61,435 nucleotides of DNA from an uncultured Bacilli bacterium (GTDB lineage Bacteria; Bacillota_I; Bacilli_A; RF39; UBA660). The position numbers were made by a program, and so were the translations under genes. Location of the stretch: positions 1 through 61,435 of the forward strand of contig CANQRA010000002.1 of assembly GCA_947626125.1 (NCBI GenBank), read 5' to 3'. Shown one piece after another: positions 39,050 to 46,904 of the stretch; the first letter of the stretch is position 1, and each line of letters opens with the position of its first letter. The notes beneath the pieces are model-generated. The model was not told the DNA's origin and did not search any database. It saw nothing but the letters and a program-made list of their open reading frames with translations.

Positions 39050-39649
39050 TTATTCTTCTTCAGAATTTTCTTTATCTTTATCTTCGTCACCAATTACTGG
39101 TACATCAACAGGCATATCAGCTTTAGCTTCTTCTTCCATCGCTTCAAGTTCTGCTTCTCTTTTGGCCATTTCTTTTTCTTCTTCCATAGCCTCTTTAGCT
39201 TGTTCAGCAAGTTCTTTATCGTTTACCCCAGCAATAGCAATTCCCATATTACGAGCAGTACCTTCGATTTCTTTCATTGCTTGTTCAATTGTATAAGCAT
39301 TTAAATCTGGTAATTTAATTTCGGCAATGCTTCTTAAATCGGCTTCACTAATGGTAGCAACGATTTGGTTAGCTCCTTTAGGACTACCTTTTTGAACTTT
39401 AGCAACTTTCTTAAGTAAGAATCCAGCTGGTGGAGTCTTTAATACAAAGTCAAATGTTCTATCATCATAGATAGTAATTTCACAAGGTACTATATCACCC
39501 ATTTTTTCTCTTGTTGCATCATTAAATTTTGTACAAAATTCTTGTAAATTAATACCTGCAGGTCCTAAAACAGTTCCGACTGGTGGTGCTGGTGTTGCTT
39601 TGCCAGCTTCAATTTCAAGTTTAATTTTCTTTACGATTTCTTTTGCCAC
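39050..39649 (-). CDS. rplK: 50S ribosomal protein L11 with an acidic C-terminal extension of about 58 aa
   Basis: GTG start after AGGAGG. KATPAPPVGTVLGPAGIN and GTARNMGI are canonical L11. The protein continues for about 58 Glu/Lys/Asp-rich residues, giving 199 aa against about 141 normally. Confidence 0.93.
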   Translation of the reverse strand: MAKEIVKKIKLEIEAGKATPAPPVGTVLGPAGINLQEFCTKFNDATREKMGDIVPCEITIYDDRTFDFVLKTPPAGFLLKKVAKVQKGSPKGANQIVATISEADLRSIAEIKLPDLNAYTIEQAMKEIEGTARNMGIAIAGVNDKELAEQAKEAMEEEKEMAKREAELEAMEEEAKADMPVDVPVIGDEDKDKENSEEE

Positions 39650-39766
39650 GAAAACACCTCCTAAATATTTTTTTCATGCAATTTTTATGTGTTACGTGTG
39701 CATGTGGTCTTGGGCAAATCCGCATTCCCTCCCACTAAGCATACAATTATTCAAATTGCATGTAAA

Positions 39767-39795
39767 ATCATACCATAAATTTTTCCACTTTGCAA
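39767..39795 (-). promoter_or_regulatory. rplK-rplA promoter
   Basis: Minus strand: TTGCAA, 17 nt, TATGAT. It is followed by a leader of about 110 nt with a locally GC-rich segment (GTGGGAGGGAATGCGGATTTGCCCAAGACC). Confidence 0.5.
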
Positions 39796-39948
39796 GGCAC
39801 CTACTTAAATTTTATCCTATTTTAAGGAAAAATATTATTAATATAGTCAAAAATAACTTGACATTACGGCATAATTTAATTTATTAACTCTCGCTTTTTA
39901 AAGTATAATATGGTATTATTATGTTATATTAAGGATAGAGGTATTATA

Positions 39949-40989
39949 ATGGCAAAGAAATTTTTTTATGATAAAGTACATAATACAAAAAAAACTATAA
40001 CCAATTTAATAATTATTGGGGTTTGTGTAATTGGTATAATTATTTGTTTCATTTTAACATCCCATTTTCAAGCAGAAAGAAAAAAGAATAATGGGGAGTT
40101 AAGCATTAAAAGCGAAGTAACAATCGAAGTAAATGAAGAATATAGTAAGGAACTATTCTTTTCAAAAATTGAAAACACTAATTTAGATAAAGTAGAAATT
40201 AAATATCCTGATAATTTTGATAAAAGTTTACCAGGAGAATATCCAATAACTATCACTATTAATAAAAAAGATTATGAAACTAAATTAATAATAGTTGATA
40301 CCACCAAACCTGAACTAGTTTTAAAAGATTTAGTTATTAAAGAAAAAGCAAAATACAGTGCCAATGATTTTGTTGTAAGCTGTGTAGATAACAGTGGTAA
40401 AGCTTGTGTTATTGATTTTTACCAAGATGCCATCGATGAAGATGGCAATAAAATAGTTTATACTGGTTACGAAAAGACGGGTACTTATTCTATCAAAATT
40501 GCCGCGAGTGATGCCACAGGTAATCAAAATATTTTAGAGACTAATTTAATAATTGAGAAAGAAGGAGAAAATACTGTTCCTCCAGAGTCAGAAAATCCTG
40601 ATAAAGACCCAGTTGAGGTGCCAGTTTGTAAATATGGCGATAACTCTTATGACCAAGATGAATATATCTTAGCCTTAGATGTTACCACGGGAGGATGTGC
40701 CATAAGCTTAGATTTATATTATGATAATAAAGAAATTGAAAAAATTATGGATAACGAACAAACGAGAATAATAAAAGATGCCCAAAAACTAAATTTAACA
40801 GGAATTCCTCACTTAGAAAGAAAACTAGTAGCTATCACCAATTATTCTGGAAAAGGTATTATTGGTTATGAATTGAGAATGATATATAAGGTTAAAAATG
40901 GTGAAGCCTTTGATATTATCGCAGACTATAAACTTAATACAGAAGGCAAAAGAATATTTACAATCAATAAATACAATTTAAGTGCATAA
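39949..40989 (+). CDS. Membrane-anchored protein with Ig-like extracellular domain
   Basis: Start moved to ATG 39949 (MAKKFFYDKVHNTKK..., TM NLIIIGVCVIGIIICFILT). The track ATG at 39910 directly abuts a TATAAT box. A DUF5011/HYR-like segment reads YSANDFVVSCVDNSGK...GTYSIKIAASDATGN. Confidence 0.6.
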   Translation: MAKKFFYDKVHNTKKTITNLIIIGVCVIGIIICFILTSHFQAERKKNNGELSIKSEVTIEVNEEYSKELFFSKIENTNLDKVEIKYPDNFDKSLPGEYPITITINKKDYETKLIIVDTTKPELVLKDLVIKEKAKYSANDFVVSCVDNSGKACVIDFYQDAIDEDGNKIVYTGYEKTGTYSIKIAASDATGNQNILETNLIIEKEGENTVPPESENPDKDPVEVPVCKYGDNSYDQDEYILALDVTTGGCAISLDLYYDNKEIEKIMDNEQTRIIKDAQKLNLTGIPHLERKLVAITNYSGKGIIGYELRMIYKVKNGEAFDIIADYKLNTEGKRIFTINKYNLSA

Positions 40990-41029
40990 AAAAAGGATGT
41001 TTCAGTCCTTTTTTATTTGCCTATTAAAA

Positions 41030-41509
41030 CTAATTACTGTTATATTTTTTATTAAAGTTTTTAATAAAAAGAATAAAGGCACAAATAAACGTTATCGTAT
41101 ATAAAGCTAAGAAACCTAAATTCCATAATACCTCTATGACATGATTAGTAGTTAATATTTTTAAATAATCATAGCCAATATCTCTTATTAAATCAAAAGG
41201 TAATTTAATTAAAGCGAGAATTAAAACTATGTATATAAGTTCCAAAATCATTCTATTTCTCATTTTAGAATCTTTATTTTTAAAGCTTTTACTTAAATCA
41301 TTTAAAGTATCCATTATATTATTGAAAAAGTTTTTGTTTAATTTTTGGTCATCAATTCCTCTTTGCCGATAAATTTCATGAGCTAATTCTTTTATATTAA
41401 CATTTTCATCTGCTAATTTTTGCTCATACTTGAATAATTCTTTATCTCTTTCTTCTTTTAATAAATACTTTAATTCCCTAGCTAATTTCTTTTTTCGTTC
41501 TTCTTTCAT
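41030..41509 (-). CDS. Hypothetical membrane protein
   Basis: 159 aa. Charged helical N-terminal half, two C-terminal TM helices. Confidence 0.5.
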   Translation of the reverse strand: MKEERKKKLARELKYLLKEERDKELFKYEQKLADENVNIKELAHEIYRQRGIDDQKLNKNFFNNIMDTLNDLSKSFKNKDSKMRNRMILELIYIVLILALIKLPFDLIRDIGYDYLKILTTNHVIEVLWNLGFLALYTITFICAFILFIKNFNKKYNSN

Positions 41510-41574
41510 CTTTTTATCAACCCTAAATTAATTATAGCAAAGATTACTCATTAAAAAAAGTAGAACTTTTTATT

Positions 41575-42189
41575 CTACTTCTTACTAATAATAATTAAAC
41601 CTGCAAAACCACCAACTAATACAACCATTACACTAACGAAAATAATTAAATCGTATTTACCGCCTTCATTATTTTCAGCAGGTATAATATCGCAATTCGC
41701 AGCCCCATGAGGTTTAGTCATAGATGATATATAATAATTAGCTTCTTCGGCTAATTCTGCCACAACATCCTTATACTTTTTATCTTTTTTAAAAGCATCT
41801 ATTTTATCATATAATGCATCTAAATCATTGGCTCCAACTTGTAGAAAATCACCAACCATAATTGTAGGTGTTGCAAGTCTAGTTGTATCGCCATCGGCAT
41901 ATTCAATTGCTTTTTGCATTAAATCAAAAGCCTCTTCATTGCCTAAAATCCATTCTGTGTTATTTGGGTTAGTATAGTCAGTTCCACACCAAACTTCAAT
42001 ATTAACAAGTTCAAATTCATCGGGATACTCTTCTAGTCTTTCCTCAAACTCTGTAAATGCATATTCACAAGCGGAACAACCATTTTTCGTAAACATATAT
42101 AACTTTACTTTATTGTCGACAGCCTTAGCAAATGGCATTAATGCAAATAATGCGACTAAAGTAACAAGACTTAATAATATCTTTTTCAT
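41575..42189 (-). CDS. Secreted thioredoxin/glutaredoxin-fold protein with C-terminal membrane anchor
   Basis: 204 aa. Signal peptide MKKILLSLVTLVALFALMPFAKA, then KLYMFTKNGCSACEY (CxxC after a beta strand), and a C-terminal TM LIIFVSVMVVLVGGFAGLIIISKK. Confidence 0.55.
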   Translation of the reverse strand: MKKILLSLVTLVALFALMPFAKAVDNKVKLYMFTKNGCSACEYAFTEFEERLEEYPDEFELVNIEVWCGTDYTNPNNTEWILGNEEAFDLMQKAIEYADGDTTRLATPTIMVGDFLQVGANDLDALYDKIDAFKKDKKYKDVVAELAEEANYYISSMTKPHGAANCDIIPAENNEGGKYDLIIFVSVMVVLVGGFAGLIIISKK

Positions 42190-42233
42190 TTTTACCTCCT
42201 AATGAGTAAATTATAGCAAATATCCATCTTAAT

Positions 42234-42788
42234 TTAAAGTTTTTTTGCTAATGTTTTATAAATTTTCACAATGCGAACAATAATTTCTTTATCATCTATA
42301 TCGATTTTATTAGTGCTTATTAAGGTAGCTAGTCCATTTGCATATAACCAAACATGCATAAATAATTCCTTAGCTTCCGCAAAAGTATAGCCCTGTTTAT
42401 TAACTAAATTGATGATGGCTCCTTGATTCCACTTCTCATTTAAAACATCATCAATGCTTTTCCATTTTAAATTATTGGATAGAAATAAACTAATAAATAA
42501 ATTTTTATAGTATTTAGCAAATTCTACATAAGCTACACATAATGTAACTAAAGCTTTTTTATTATCAACTCGACTAGTTATAAACTCATCATATTCGCGA
42601 TAAATTTCTTTATAAATATCTTCTTTTATTTCATCCATATTATTATATATCCGATACAATGGTTTAGTAGATATCTTTAATTCTTTAGCTAAGTCTCTTG
42701 CGTTAAGAGAATCCCAGCCCCTCTTATTAATCATAACCACAGCTTTTTTAATAATGGCTTCTTTTTCCAACTTACAACTTGCTGGCAT
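42234..42788 (-). CDS. TetR/AcrR-family transcriptional regulator
   Basis: 184 aa. N-terminal HTH WDSLNARDLAKELKISTKPLYRIYNNMDEI. Confidence 0.8.
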   Translation of the reverse strand: MPASCKLEKEAIIKKAVVMINKRGWDSLNARDLAKELKISTKPLYRIYNNMDEIKEDIYKEIYREYDEFITSRVDNKKALVTLCVAYVEFAKYYKNLFISLFLSNNLKWKSIDDVLNEKWNQGAIINLVNKQGYTFAEAKELFMHVWLYANGLATLISTNKIDIDDKEIIVRIVKIYKTLAKKL

Positions 42789-42802
42789 ATTACCACTCCC
42801 CT

Positions 42803-42850
42803 AGTAACTATTGTTACCATAATTATATTATGTTTAATAAGTGTTGTCAA
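42803..42850 (-). promoter_or_regulatory. TetR gene promoter with palindromic operator candidate
   Basis: Minus strand: TTGACA (42850-42845), 18 nt, TATAAT (42826-42821). The perfect inverted repeat GTAAC-tatt-GTTAC (42803-42816) lies between the -10 and the RBS. Confidence 0.6.
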
Positions 42851-42880
42851 ATTAAATTATTCTGCACGTAATTAAAACTC

Positions 42881-42968
42881 TTGACAACCCATTTGTTTTA
42901 TTATATATTTAAGTTACGAAAGGGCGATTGTGGCGCGTTTGGGCTGCAGTCCGTCCTTCGTTTTTTTT
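42881..42968 (+). ncRNA. Candidate small RNA cassette 1 (own promoter, GC-rich hairpin, U-tract)
   Basis: TTGACA (42881-42886), 17 nt, TATATT (42904-42909). Then ACGAAAGGGCG-ATTGTGGCGCGTTTGGGCTGCAGTC-CGTCCTTCG followed by T8. Confidence 0.45.
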
Positions 42969-42990
42969 AGAAAAAGTATTATTATACTTC

Positions 42991-43078
42991 TTGACAACCT
43001 ATTTGTTTTATTATATATTTAAATTACGAAAGGACGATTGTGGCACGTTTGGGCTGCAGTCCGTCCTTTTCTTTTTTT
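42991..43078 (+). ncRNA. Candidate small RNA cassette 2 (tandem copy, 110-bp period)
   Basis: Same TTGACA-17-TATATT. Then AAAGGACG-ATTGTGGCACGTTTGGGCTGCAGTC-CGTCCTTT followed by TCTTTTTTT. Confidence 0.45.
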
Positions 43079-43082
43079 AAAA

Positions 43083-43152
43083 GCCATTTTAAAGAGCCGT
43101 TTTAAGAACCATTTTAAGAGCCGTTGACATTGGAGGTCTTTTGCATTAAAAT
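43083..43152 (+). promoter_or_regulatory. Promoter of J-domain gene 1 with iteron-like direct repeats
   Basis: Four 12-13-bp repeats (gCCAttttaaaga / gCCGttttaagaa / CCAttttaagag / CCGttgaca), the last merging into TTGACA (43124-43129). Then 17 nt and TAAAAT (43147-43152). Confidence 0.55.
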
Positions 43153-43182
43153 AACAATCGTTTATAAAAAAGGGGGACCTTT

Positions 43183-44844
43183 ATGAATTTTTATGAAGCA
43201 TTAAAAGTATTAGATTTAGATAGCAATTACACAGAAGAAGAATTAAATAAGAAGTATCATGCCTTAGCCAAAAAATATCACCCAGATGCTTTAACTAATA
43301 AATCTGCCGAAGAAAAAAAGGCTGCAGAAAACAAAATGAAAAAGATTAACTTGGCTTATGATACTTTAAAAAAAGATAGAAAAAAGAATTATTCAAATAG
43401 ACAAAGTAGTAATAATGATAAACAAAATGGTAAAAAAAGTAATAATAGTAATAATAGTAATAATGATAATGATAATGGCTGGGAATTTAGTTATTGGAAT
43501 AATATACTTAACATTATAAAAAGCTATAATGATGCTAATATTACTAAAAAGCCCGAATTTGCAAGTGTTGCTTCTAGTTTTAAATCGTTCTTCACTAATT
43601 ATTATCTTAATATCGTGATGACTGTTACAAAAAATGAAGTGGATAAATTATTTAGAGAATTTAAAAACGGGGTTAGAGATTGGTATATTAAATTAAAAGA
43701 TATTTATTTTAAAGAACACAATATACCAAGAGATATTAGTTTTACAATTAATGAAAATCGTTCCTTTGATGAATTTTACGAATCATTGGCAAACTTTAAA
43801 CATGGTTATGATAATGTTATAAAAGAAATAGATGATATAATAAATCCTTATAAACTTTATACCGATTATGAAGTAGCCAAAAAAGATATTGAAAAATTAA
43901 GAGAAGAAACAATTAAAAATGTTTGTAGAAATTATAATAACAAAGATTATTTTTATCAATGCTTAAGAACTAATCTTGATAATTTATTTAAATATTATTC
44001 TACTAATATAGCATTATATACAGAATTAGAAAAAATAATAAAAAACAACAATTTACCTTTTCAAAGGAGAATGGAGGACCTCAGAGAAAATGTAAACAAT
44101 CCTTTATTTTATCTTTATTATATTCAATTAAAGTTAGATGTTAATAATTTATTAGATTACCAAAGTCATGAGAGAGAAATCGCCAATATTGAAAATAATT
44201 TAACCCAAAAATATAATGAAACTGTAAAAAATATACAGGATGAAGAAGAAAAAAAGGAGTTGTATTTTTTCTATAAATCCATAGTACATTATTTAAGAAC
44301 GCAAAAAGATGTTAGTTTTCAAAGCCTTAAGCTTCTTAATGAAATTGATTTTAATAATTATGAAGAAGTTTTCAAAATCCACGATAATATTGATAATAAT
44401 TTAATTACTAATAAAAAAGTCGATATTTATATAAATATATCCGCACAAGATGTCATAGCTTCTAGACATATTAAAATTGATGGCGAAGAATATGATATGT
44501 TATTAAATAATGGTGAAAATGTAATTTGTGAAACTTATAATAATATGGATAATAATTTTATTTCTCTAGATGAATTTATGACTGAGGCTTATAAAGACTT
44601 TATAACCTTCGATTGGTATGGCGAAGCTTGTATTGGACTATATCATTATAATGGCTTACTCCTATGTGTCTATAAAGGTCATTTACAATTTTTAAGCTAT
44701 CCTATGATAACCAATGTTGAATGGTATCCAGACCATAAATTTAGTATGTTTCAAAGCAAAGACTATGTTAGAAGCTTACTTATTAATACTTGCTATAGTG
44801 AAATTGAAAAGTTTAAAACCAACAATAACAATTTAAAAAAATAA
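43183..44844 (+). CDS. J-domain protein with large uncharacterised C-terminal domain (553 aa)
   Basis: N-terminal J domain NFYEALKVLDLDSNYTEEELNKKYHALAKKYHPD (HPD at 43279-43287)...INLAYDTL. An Asn/Ser-rich linker follows, then about 450 aa with no recognisable motif and no DnaJ Zn finger. Confidence 0.75.
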   Translation: MNFYEALKVLDLDSNYTEEELNKKYHALAKKYHPDALTNKSAEEKKAAENKMKKINLAYDTLKKDRKKNYSNRQSSNNDKQNGKKSNNSNNSNNDNDNGWEFSYWNNILNIIKSYNDANITKKPEFASVASSFKSFFTNYYLNIVMTVTKNEVDKLFREFKNGVRDWYIKLKDIYFKEHNIPRDISFTINENRSFDEFYESLANFKHGYDNVIKEIDDIINPYKLYTDYEVAKKDIEKLREETIKNVCRNYNNKDYFYQCLRTNLDNLFKYYSTNIALYTELEKIIKNNNLPFQRRMEDLRENVNNPLFYLYYIQLKLDVNNLLDYQSHEREIANIENNLTQKYNETVKNIQDEEEKKELYFFYKSIVHYLRTQKDVSFQSLKLLNEIDFNNYEEVFKIHDNIDNNLITNKKVDIYINISAQDVIASRHIKIDGEEYDMLLNNGENVICETYNNMDNNFISLDEFMTEAYKDFITFDWYGEACIGLYHYNGLLLCVYKGHLQFLSYPMITNVEWYPDHKFSMFQSKDYVRSLLINTCYSEIEKFKTNNNNLKK

Positions 44845-44924
44845 TTAAGAGAAAAGGGAAAAACTTTTCTTTTTTTGGCTTAGCAATACTATTCTAGAGC
44901 GTTTTATGGAGCTTTTAGAGAGCC

Positions 44925-44953
44925 TTGACATTAAGACGCTTTTGTGGTAAAGT
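44925..44953 (+). promoter_or_regulatory. Promoter of J-domain gene 2 (duplicated with the gene)
   Basis: TTGACA (44925-44930), 17 nt, TAAAGT (44948-44953). The downstream leader AACAATCGTTTATAAAAAAGGGGGA is identical to that of gene 1. Confidence 0.55.
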
Positions 44954-44984
44954 AACAATCGTTTATAAAAAAGGGGGAAATATA

Positions 44985-46616
44985 ATGAATTTTGATGAAG
45001 CCTTAAATATATTAGGATTAAATAGTAATTATACAGAAGAAGAATTAAAAAAGAAATATTACGCTTTAATTAACCAATATTATCCAGATACTTTAACCAC
45101 TAAATCAGAAGAGGAACAAAAAGAATCAGCAGAAAAATTAACACAACTAAATAAAGCAAAAGATATTTTAAATAATGCTTTAAAAGGTCAAAAAGGAGAT
45201 TTTGATTTAAAGGAGTATAAGGGGAAAATACTAAGCTTTGTTGAAAAAAACAGAAATGTAAGCCATAATCTCCGTAAAGAATTTATGGGAACAATATATA
45301 ATTTTAATATATTTGTAACTAAATACATAGTGAAAGTTACTAATGCTGATAGTAAAAACGCCGTAGATAATATCTTTGAAGATTATAAAAAAGAATTGAA
45401 AGCTTGGTATGATAGATTTAAAAACATTTATTTTATGAGATATCTTATCCCTAAAAAATTTGATTTTGATACAAATATCAATTTATCGATTGATGAATTT
45501 TATAATGAATTAGAAAAGCGGAAAAAGGAAAGTCTAATGATACAAGATGTACAAAAAGAAGTAGATGATATTATTTCATCTTATATGTCTGTTACTTATT
45601 ATGAAGATGTAAAAGATGAAATTGAAAAATTGAGAAAAGAAATGGTTGAAAATATTTTAAATATTGATTCAAATCTTTATAATTATGAAGATAATAAAAA
45701 TTATTACTTAGCTCAACTTAAAATGGTTATTGAAGTATTACTAAAAAGAATATCCACTAATAAACCACTTTATTTAAATTTATTGGGTTTAGTTACGGAA
45801 AATTCTATACCTTTTAATGTCGAAGAACTTCATGAATCTCTTACCGACTATTTATTTCCAATTTATTATCAAGAATTTAAAGAAAATATTAAGCATTATT
45901 TAGAATTAGATGATTATTATGAAGAAACTCATAATTTGAACAACACTTTAACAAGTAGATATCATGCCGCATTAAAAAGTTCAAATGATGCATCTTTTAA
46001 AGCAAAAATAACAAACCTATATCATAAAATCAAAAACTTCCTTTATAAAGACCATAATTTCAGTACGAAAACTCTTCATTTTCTAAGTAAAATTGATTTT
46101 AATAATTATGATGAGGCAGTAAAAATATTTGATAAAGTAGTAAATAATATTATAACTCTTGATAATGTTGAAATTTATTTATGTAATTTATTAGGAATGC
46201 CTTCAGTATGCATTAAAATTAATGATAAAAACTATGCATTAGCCAATATTGATGGCAAAGATATTATTTGTGAATGTGAAAATGTTAATGGCCCACAAAT
46301 GTCTCTAGATACATTTATGGATAATGCTAGTACTTTCTTTGTTAAATTTATAGAACATAATGAAGAGATAATTGGCCTTTATAGATTTAATAATATCATT
46401 CTTGGTTTATGTAACGGTCGTTTAACATTCTTTAACGATGTAGAGGTAACAAACATAGACATTCCACCAAAAGATAAACTTGGTAAATTTAGAAGCAAAG
46501 ATTATGTTAAAGGCTTATTAATTAATCAATATTATCAATATATAGAGTTATGCAAAAAAGAAAAGAAAATAGTAACTTTAAGTGAATTAGAAAATAGTAA
46601 TAATTTAAAAAAATAA
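44985..46616 (+). CDS. J-like-domain paralog with HPD replaced by YPD (543 aa)
   Basis: Start moved to ATG 44985 (RBS GGGGGA). The track start at 44925 is the TTG of the -35 box. MNFDEALNILGLNSNYTEEELKKKYYALINQYYPD (YPD at 45081-45089). The C-terminal domain is collinear with the 43183-44844 product, and both end in NNLKK. Confidence 0.75.
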   Translation: MNFDEALNILGLNSNYTEEELKKKYYALINQYYPDTLTTKSEEEQKESAEKLTQLNKAKDILNNALKGQKGDFDLKEYKGKILSFVEKNRNVSHNLRKEFMGTIYNFNIFVTKYIVKVTNADSKNAVDNIFEDYKKELKAWYDRFKNIYFMRYLIPKKFDFDTNINLSIDEFYNELEKRKKESLMIQDVQKEVDDIISSYMSVTYYEDVKDEIEKLRKEMVENILNIDSNLYNYEDNKNYYLAQLKMVIEVLLKRISTNKPLYLNLLGLVTENSIPFNVEELHESLTDYLFPIYYQEFKENIKHYLELDDYYEETHNLNNTLTSRYHAALKSSNDASFKAKITNLYHKIKNFLYKDHNFSTKTLHFLSKIDFNNYDEAVKIFDKVVNNIITLDNVEIYLCNLLGMPSVCIKINDKNYALANIDGKDIICECENVNGPQMSLDTFMDNASTFFVKFIEHNEEIIGLYRFNNIILGLCNGRLTFFNDVEVTNIDIPPKDKLGKFRSKDYVKGLLINQYYQYIELCKKEKKIVTLSELENSNNLKK

Positions 46617-46641
46617 AAAAGCTGACCATGGTTTGGGATAA

Positions 46642-46896
46642 TCAGTCTTTTTTATTATTCTTTGATAATGTCCTACTCATAGGTTTTTCTTGTTCTACTT
46701 CTTCACTAGCTCCCACAACAGGTACAGTAATTCCCGAAGTATCATATTCATAATATGGTCTATATCTTCCTGAAGTAACGGGATAATGTTGAAGATAAAA
46801 GCTATTCGTCACTTCTCTTCTTTTTGGGAATGAATCTTGTCTATATTTAAGTTTACTATAATCAATATTTGGTCTTTTGATATCGCTAACTTTCAT
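46642..46896 (-). CDS. Hypothetical small protein downstream of pheT
   Basis: 84 aa, Tyr/Pro/Arg-rich. No motif recognised. Confidence 0.4.
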   Translation of the reverse strand: MKVSDIKRPNIDYSKLKYRQDSFPKRREVTNSFYLQHYPVTSGRYRPYYEYDTSGITVPVVGASEEVEQEKPMSRTLSKNNKKD

Positions 46897-46904
46897 AAAT
46901 CATC

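Noticed and set aside
38048-39887. Plus-strand ORFs 38048-38299, 39047-39304 and 39600-39887.
   Set aside because: They are antisense to rplJ and its leader, to rplK, and to the rplK leader respectively. Their products are Phe/Ser/Leu-rich nonsense sequences.
42881-43078. The 110-bp tandem repeat as a CRISPR array.
   Set aside because: There are only two units, each with its own promoter and terminator. There is no short-repeat/unique-spacer alternation and no cas genes in the window.
42928-43110. Short ORFs starting at the GTG inside each GC-rich hairpin cassette (both begin MARLGCSPSF...).
   Set aside because: The shared peptide part is exactly the hairpin. The frames diverge immediately after it and run into the next promoter or the repeats. 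The stem substitution preserves base pairing. RNA structure explains the conservation better than coding.
44925-44984. Upstream TTG start of the second J-domain ORF in the track.
   Set aside because: The TTG is the first triplet of a TTGACA -35 box that is duplicated from gene 1. The conserved RBS and the ATG at 44985 align with the start of gene 1.
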